Shown here: positions 59,171 to 64,000 of the stretch, piece by piece
Numbering within the stretch: position 1 is the first letter of the stretch
How the letters are laid out: each line of letters begins with the position of its first letter
Sequence record: LR597660
Length of the DNA: 64,000 nucleotides
Source: Escherichia phage T4_ev151
Strand: one strand, 5' to 3'
The notes under the pieces: model-generated
What the model was told of the DNA's origin: nothing
Database searches by the model: none
The model's input: only the letters and a program-made list of their open reading frames with translations
Made by a program: the position numbers and the translations under genes

Positions 59171-59357
59171 AATAATCTATTGGTAAGAGAGTACGATATA
59201 TTTCAAACTTTGGACCTTTTTCATAAGCATCAAAAGTTTCTGTGAATTTATTATAAGCATATGCATCTATAAATTCAATCATGATTTGTGATACAGAAGT
59301 AGAAACATCTCCACCTTCTTTTTGAGCCACGACAATTGTTTCTAAGTAAGCTTTCAT
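59169..59357 (-). CDS. small hypothetical protein between ligase and alt
   Basis: 62-aa ORF whose start overlaps the ligase stop. Confidence 0.45.
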   Translation of the reverse strand: MKAYLETIVVAQKEGGDVSTSVSQIMIEFIDAYAYNKFTETFDAYEKGPKFEIYRTLLPIDY

Positions 59358-60817
59358 AGACCAGTTACCTCATGAAAATCACCAAATACATCTTCGAATG
59401 TATTAGCTTTAGTTTTATCTTCACGTAAACGAATCGCAATCGGAAGAAATAATTTAACGTAATCAGTGCGGCCATCAGATTTTAACCAACCGTTGCATTC
59501 GCACTCTAGAATTTTTCCAATATAATAATTTTGGTTTTCCATAATGCGAGTACGGTCAAGTTCATGTGATTTTACACCGGCTTTATCTTTTAAGCCTGAA
59601 CCAGCATTCACCTTAATTTTTCCACACTCTGACTCAAGAATAAATCCACCTGCTTTAGTAGGGTCTTTACGGTGAGGATAAATTCCTACAATTTTTAAAT
59701 CAACATCAATTACTTCTTTAAATTTATAGAGATTTTTTGAACGAGCATTTTCCCATAATCCATCGATATTTTTGAGAATAATACCTTCAAGACCTTGGTC
59801 AATATACTTTTTATAAATTACCTTAGCTTCATCTAGGTTATTTACTACTTGGTTTTCAATTAAAATTACTTTATCATAACCTGATGTCATTTGTTCTAAT
59901 TTAGAAAAACGGACATCATATTTCAAACGAAATGTAGGAAGACCGTATATTTCTATCAACGGTACATAATCCCAGACCTGAAACTTCATGCATTGTGCTT
60001 CTTTTTCAGAAATTGTTCCCTTTAAAGATTTATTGGCGATGCCATTAGAAGCAGTACGTGATTCAGCTACTTCGGCGAATTCTTTAGCTTTACTATTTTC
60101 AGGATAAGCATCAAAAAGAAAATCTAGGCCTTCTGGCTCCTTTTTAACTTGCTCATGGTATACCAATTCGCCATCAATTAACACACCTTCTGGATGAATC
60201 TGGCGGGCTTCAGCGGTCATTTTGATTAACTCTTCCTTAAGAAGATCTAATCCTAGGTATTCATTACCAGCTCGTGATAAAAGACGAACATCATCTAATT
60301 CATCACCTCTGACTTCAGCAAAGCACCGAGCCCCATCAGCTTTTAACTGGGCAAAGGCTGGAAATTTGATATTCTTATTAATGCCTTTTTCATCATAAGA
60401 ACTTGCAAGCATTTGAGGTTGTTCAGGAATTAAACCTGGCCAAACTTTGTTTGCAATAGATACTGAAGCACCACATTCAAGGTCTCGCATCATCACTCGA
60501 CGCAAAACTTCAACATCATCTTTTTTACCATCGGTGATATATCCAGTTAATTCCTCAATTGCTGCATTTCCAGTCAATTTCCGAGTAGCTAACGTGAATT
60601 CAATAAAATCAAGCATATCGGTAAGAGTCAACATTCCAAAACTCTGGGTAGCAATACCAGGTTTAGGCCATTTCTTGATATAATACTGTAACCCACGAGA
60701 ATAAGTCAGACGATATACTCGTTTAAGCAATTCATTATCTTTATTCTTTTCAAGAATTGCTTGCTTCTGCTTAGTTGAACCAATAGATGCTATTTCGTTC
60801 AGAATTTTAAGAATCAT
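59354..60817 (-). CDS. 30: ATP-dependent DNA ligase gp30
   Basis: 487 aa; N-terminus MILKILNEIASIGSTKQKQAILEKNKDNELLKRVY as T4 DNA ligase from memory; adenylation motif KADGAR. Confidence 0.95.
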   Translation of the reverse strand: MILKILNEIASIGSTKQKQAILEKNKDNELLKRVYRLTYSRGLQYYIKKWPKPGIATQSFGMLTLTDMLDFIEFTLATRKLTGNAAIEELTGYITDGKKDDVEVLRRVMMRDLECGASVSIANKVWPGLIPEQPQMLASSYDEKGINKNIKFPAFAQLKADGARCFAEVRGDELDDVRLLSRAGNEYLGLDLLKEELIKMTAEARQIHPEGVLIDGELVYHEQVKKEPEGLDFLFDAYPENSKAKEFAEVAESRTASNGIANKSLKGTISEKEAQCMKFQVWDYVPLIEIYGLPTFRLKYDVRFSKLEQMTSGYDKVILIENQVVNNLDEAKVIYKKYIDQGLEGIILKNIDGLWENARSKNLYKFKEVIDVDLKIVGIYPHRKDPTKAGGFILESECGKIKVNAGSGLKDKAGVKSHELDRTRIMENQNYYIGKILECECNGWLKSDGRTDYVKLFLPIAIRLREDKTKANTFEDVFGDFHEVTGL

Positions 60818-61083
60818 TGTTCATCCTTTAGAGTTTGGTTTACAGCTCTATTATAAATCAATTCATCATTAAGCTCAGTCAAAGACCTGTGGTACGTTGT
60901 TCTAACTTTATTTCCTTGCATCCAGTGCTTGACGTAAATGAAACCTTGCTCTACACATTTTTTAAAAATTCGTTCGTCTTTTTGAGCTCGGAATTCTGGA
61001 TTGCATCTAAAAAATTGATTTACGTGACCGTAATCACGTGTAGTATTACCTTCATTTTCATAAATAGTGTGAACAACAAACAT
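60814..61083 (-). CDS. 30.1-like hypothetical protein
   Basis: 89-aa ORF overlapping the ligase start (ATGA). Confidence 0.5.
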   Translation of the reverse strand: MFVVHTIYENEGNTTRDYGHVNQFFRCNPEFRAQKDERIFKKCVEQGFIYVKHWMQGNKVRTTYHRSLTELNDELIYNRAVNQTLKDEQ

Positions 61084-61919
61084 TAGAATGCTCCTTGGAA
61101 AATATTATCACCACTAGTAGGTCTATTATACAAATACTCTATGCCACCGGGTTTAATATAATTCCATGTCTGAAACGGATGCGTCTGATATGGATGATAT
61201 GGATTATAAGGATTAAATCCAGGAGTTCTCCAGGTAGTGTTCCAAGGAAAAGAATCGTTTTTAATCATCTTCTCGATTGCATCTTTTATAGCTTTTTCAC
61301 TATCAAAACTTTCTTTATTTTCCTTCGGTGAAAAAAGCTTATTTTCTACATCATTCCATGTATAAACTCGCTGTGCAGTTTTTGGAATACTGTCACGCTC
61401 CCCTCGAGCCATCCAATAAACAGGAACATTTAATATTTCACTCGCGTGATCGCAGTGGTGAGCGAGATCGTCAATATAACAAATTACGTTATATTTTTCT
61501 TTTGCCTTTTTGAACAGCTCTTCTTTTGAAGAATCATGACCACACATCATTACTTCTGAGAAGGCACCAGGAAAAAGAGCATTCAAATTAAATTGACGAT
61601 TCAGCAGAGCGTCAATAGAATCACCCAATGCTGTAACAGCTACAAAATTATAATCTTCTTTTAATTTGTTAATTACACACAGAGCATCTTTATATGGAGA
61701 CAAGTAACGAATAAAATCTGAACGATTGTATTTTTCAATTAACTTGACGCCAAGTTCTTCATCACAATTAAAGAGTTTACCAGGAGAAATAAATTTCTCA
61801 TCTTGGATCATTTTTAAAATATGTTCTAACGGAAGATTATATTTCTGAGCAAAATAAGGAAGACCTGATTGCCAGCTTAAACATACTCCATCAATATCAG
61901 TTAAAATAGTAGGCTTCAT
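61083..61919 (-). CDS. HAD-superfamily hydrolase-like protein (30.2-like) with Pro/Tyr-rich C-terminal tail
   Basis: N-terminal HAD motif I LTDIDGV; later IDDL motif; 278 aa. Confidence 0.6.
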   Translation of the reverse strand: MKPTILTDIDGVCLSWQSGLPYFAQKYNLPLEHILKMIQDEKFISPGKLFNCDEELGVKLIEKYNRSDFIRYLSPYKDALCVINKLKEDYNFVAVTALGDSIDALLNRQFNLNALFPGAFSEVMMCGHDSSKEELFKKAKEKYNVICYIDDLAHHCDHASEILNVPVYWMARGERDSIPKTAQRVYTWNDVENKLFSPKENKESFDSEKAIKDAIEKMIKNDSFPWNTTWRTPGFNPYNPYHPYQTHPFQTWNYIKPGGIEYLYNRPTSGDNIFQGAF

Positions 61920-62374
61920 AGAGAGTCTCTTAATAGGTTTAACACATCAATAAATTCAGCTTCGGTTAGTATTGTATCATCTTTTGTTAGACCACTAGCC
62001 ATGCTGTGCTTCAAAACTTTTCCTTTCGAGGCTAGTAATGCATCACGAAAGCCCTTGTTTTGGATTGCTGCTTCAAAATATGCATTTGTGTATAATTCTT
62101 TCCACGCTGGGGAGTATCTTGAAAACGGAACTCCAAGCCAGAAGAGGGTCCCACGGTCCTGAGCTCTAGCATAAGACCTTCCAGCTTGTTGGGCGGCAAG
62201 CCCGGATAACCCAAATATACGTCTTTGCTGTTCAACATTTTTCACCTTACATCCTTGGAGGAATCCTTCAAGACCTCCAAATTGAATGCCATCCATAACG
62301 AAAGGCCATTGGGCAAAATTACTTAATGCACATGATGGCCATTTAAAATTGCTTCTAATCTCTAACTCAGACAT
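61916..62374 (-). CDS. NADAR (DUF1768/YbiA-like) domain protein (30.3-like)
   Basis: Start trimmed to ATG at 62374, which overlaps the upstream stop (ATGTCTGA); the sequence pattern resembles the NADAR fold by eye. Confidence 0.55.
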   Translation of the reverse strand: MSELEIRSNFKWPSCALSNFAQWPFVMDGIQFGGLEGFLQGCKVKNVEQQRRIFGLSGLAAQQAGRSYARAQDRGTLFWLGVPFSRYSPAWKELYTNAYFEAAIQNKGFRDALLASKGKVLKHSMASGLTKDDTILTEAEFIDVLNLLRDSL

Positions 62375-62573
62375 TTTCAATACTTATAATTTCAACATCA
62401 GCCCAATGACCATAGTTTGGTAGACGAAATTCAACTGGCCAGTCACTGCCTTTTTCTAATATAATAGACTTAACTTGTGGTTCTTCGTGTTCATCAGTAT
62501 ACGGATTTTTATCTGTTACTTTATATGTTACCTTAATGTACTGAATTCCAAAAATCTTATTAATTATATTCAT
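62367..62573 (-). CDS. hypothetical small protein (30.x block)
   Basis: 68-aa ORF, ATGA overlap with the upstream gene. Confidence 0.5.
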   Translation of the reverse strand: MNIINKIFGIQYIKVTYKVTDKNPYTDEHEEPQVKSIILEKGSDWPVEFRLPNYGHWADVEIISIENV

Positions 62574-62767
62574 ACTAATTCCTTTAATCCGTAGATAGGA
62601 GATAATTCATCACCCATACGAAGGTCTTCATTCCCATCTACCCAAGAAACAATATAAGCCTCTTTTACTTGAACATCTCCCAATTTAAATGCGGGTAAAA
62701 CCTTAGAAATTAATCCAGGTATACCAACTCCCTTTAATTCAACAGTTTGGCCTAAAAAGAATTTCAT
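62570..62767 (-). CDS. hypothetical small protein (30.x block)
   Basis: 65-aa ORF, translationally coupled to its neighbours. Confidence 0.5.
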   Translation of the reverse strand: MKFFLGQTVELKGVGIPGLISKVLPAFKLGDVQVKEAYIVSWVDGNEDLRMGDELSPIYGLKELV

Positions 62768-63054
62768 TAAAACCTCATCTGAAAACCATGCGATTTAACA
62801 TTACCGCCATTAATATCAGAACTATTAATTTCACGTGCAATTGAGGGATCAATGTCAATTTCGCCATTAAGTTTAATGATAGACAAAGTATCACGCCCAT
62901 TTACTGTGCGGAACTCTAAAGGGCAGACTGCATTAACATAGTTTTTAATCGATTCACTGGTAGGCTGCAAATGAGCAGGAAGGTCTTTAGGCGCCTTTGA
63001 GAAAACTACTTCACAGAAATTTTTGCGGGTGTCAAAATAAGTAGTCATAAACAT
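62767..63054 (-). CDS. hypothetical protein (30.x block; start trimmed to the ATG at 63054)
   Basis: ATG preceded by GAGGAAAAT SD; the longer track ORF would run through the hairpin at 63072..63085. Confidence 0.5.
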   Translation of the reverse strand: MFMTTYFDTRKNFCEVVFSKAPKDLPAHLQPTSESIKNYVNAVCPLEFRTVNGRDTLSIIKLNGEIDIDPSIAREINSSDINGGNVKSHGFQMRF

Positions 63055-63071
63055 AATATTTTCCTCAGTAA

Positions 63072-63085
63072 GGGGCCGAAGCCCC
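63072..63085 (-). terminator. GC stem-loop GGGGC-UUCG-GCCCC on the minus-strand transcript
   Basis: Third copy of the identical 14-nt element, between the 63095..63460 stop and the next start. Confidence 0.5.
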
Positions 63086-63094
63086 TGTTTTATT

Positions 63095-63460
63095 TTAAAT
63101 ATCAAATTCGTTAAGAACTACATCAAAGATTGCTTCAAGATGCTCAGGTTTAGCTTTGTTACTCAGAATATGACGAATCCAAGTTTTAACCAGAAGCTTA
63201 CGATTGACGCCATTCCAGCAAGGATGAGTCCCTAAATCACGTTGACGAAAATCATCATCCAAAGCGATTTTAAAAGAAGAACCTTCTTTCGTGATTGAAA
63301 CCGTGATGCCATTTTCAAATCGCATATAAACGTAATTAGGAGTCATATACTGTTCAATTTCGCATACTGATCCATTTTGATGTTTCCAAAGGCAGATAGT
63401 ATCAATAGAACCTGCAATACCATTAGAAACATATTTACGTTCAAAGTTGATGTAGTTCAT
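63095..63460 (-). CDS. hypothetical protein (30.x block; start trimmed to ATG at 63460, MNYINFERKY...)
   Basis: ATG preceded by TTGGAGAATAAA SD; the track ORF starts at a TTG. Confidence 0.5.
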   Translation of the reverse strand: MNYINFERKYVSNGIAGSIDTICLWKHQNGSVCEIEQYMTPNYVYMRFENGITVSITKEGSSFKIALDDDFRQRDLGTHPCWNGVNRKLLVKTWIRHILSNKAKPEHLEAIFDVVLNEFDI

Positions 63461-63496
63461 TTTATTCTCCAAGATGTTTAATTGCGGTACAGGTAT

Positions 63497-63526
63497 ATAA
63501 TATCATATCCTGTACCAAAGTAAACA
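63497..63526 (-). promoter_or_regulatory. T4 early-type promoter (-35 GTTTACT, -10 TATTAT) overlapped by a 31-bp palindrome
   Basis: Minus-strand read TTGTTTACT-N17-TATTAT upstream of the 63095..63460 ORF. Confidence 0.5.
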
Positions 63527-63527
63527 A

Positions 63528-63860
63528 TTATTTTACTACTTTCCAATGTTGCATGTCAAGTTTACCAACTTTTTTCATCTTCTCAATTAAGCGTTCTGCA
63601 CGTTGGCGAGCTGTAACATAATGCCATTCGCCTAATTCATTTTGTTCAATTTTTCCAACGATTACTGTATTCAATTCATAAATCCAACCAGTAAAGAAAT
63701 TATGAACTTGAATTGTAAAGGTGAAATCTGTTCCCATACCTTCTGTTGTTTCTACTTCAATAATATCACCTTCAACTGCCATTAAGAACCACATAGTTTC
63801 ATTATATTTACCATTGAAGCATTTAGTTTTAACTGTAGCGTTCAGATTAATCGTTTTCAT
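63528..63860 (-). CDS. hypothetical protein (30.x block)
   Basis: 110-aa ORF; ATG preceded by AAGGAGAATAAA SD. Confidence 0.5.
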   Translation of the reverse strand: MKTINLNATVKTKCFNGKYNETMWFLMAVEGDIIEVETTEGMGTDFTFTIQVHNFFTGWIYELNTVIVGKIEQNELGEWHYVTARQRAERLIEKMKKVGKLDMQHWKVVK

Positions 63861-63887
63861 TTTATTCTCCTTTGTTTGTGTAAGATA

Positions 63888-63917
63888 ATACTATCACAAA
63901 GGAGCTATACTGTAAAC
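63888..63917 (-). promoter_or_regulatory. T4 early-type promoter (-35 GTTTACA, 17-bp spacer, -10 TAGTAT)
   Basis: Minus-strand read AAAGTTGTTTACA-N17-TAGTAT upstream of the 63528..63860 ORF. Confidence 0.55.
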
Positions 63918-63946
63918 AACTTTGTGCAATCTTTGGAAAATAAAAA

Positions 63947-63966
63947 AGGACTCCCGAAGGAGTCCT
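63947..63966 (-). terminator. hairpin AGGACUCC-UUCG-GGAGUCCU on the minus-strand transcript
   Basis: 8-bp stem with UUCG tetraloop and flanking A/U runs, upstream of the early promoter. Confidence 0.5.
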
Positions 63967-64000
63967 CAACTTATGCTTTCTGCTTACCAAAACGAGAAGC

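Overview
This window is a T4-like (T-even, Tevenvirinae) myovirus genome segment. Several translated products are near-identical to my recollection of T4 proteins (fibritin with the C-terminal foldon [27 protein letters not shown], gp23, DNA ligase); no database search was run. Gene order follows T4: a minus-strand early block (e-side accessory ORFs, stable RNAs, tRNA-Arg, segB, six further tRNAs, ip locus, 57B, 57A, 1, 3, 2, 4), then the plus-strand late structural module (53, 5, 5.1, 5.4, 6-12, wac, 13-24), a minus block (rnlB, 24.2, 24.3, hoc, inh), uvsW/uvsW.1, uvsY, 25, 26, the baseplate hub and tail tube genes (51, 27, 28, 29, 48, 54), and a minus-strand early block (alt, DNA ligase 30, 30.x ORFs). 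Regulatory signals are read directly from the sequence: T4 late promoters (TATAAATA), early promoters (GTTTAC -35, 17-bp spacer, TAnTAT -10), one MotA-type middle promoter, and GC-stem tetraloop hairpins after genes. The ORF track allows GTG/TTG starts, so several N-termini were trimmed to the ATG with a Shine-Dalgarno that restores the T4 protein length. Points worth a second look: six freestanding homing endonuclease genes (four GIY-YIG, two HNH), a Hoc protein enlarged by tandem Ig-like domain repeats, a decayed duplicate of the alt N-terminus, proteins carrying the capsid-targeting sequence in the hyperplastic ip region, a NADAR plus HAD-like gene pair beside ligase and alt, a uvsW/uvsW.1 junction that a single-base change would fuse, and no tRNA-Gln. 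I see no CRISPR array and no unambiguous new multi-gene system; the ip-locus small ORFs and the NADAR/HAD pair are the best candidates for anti-defence functions.
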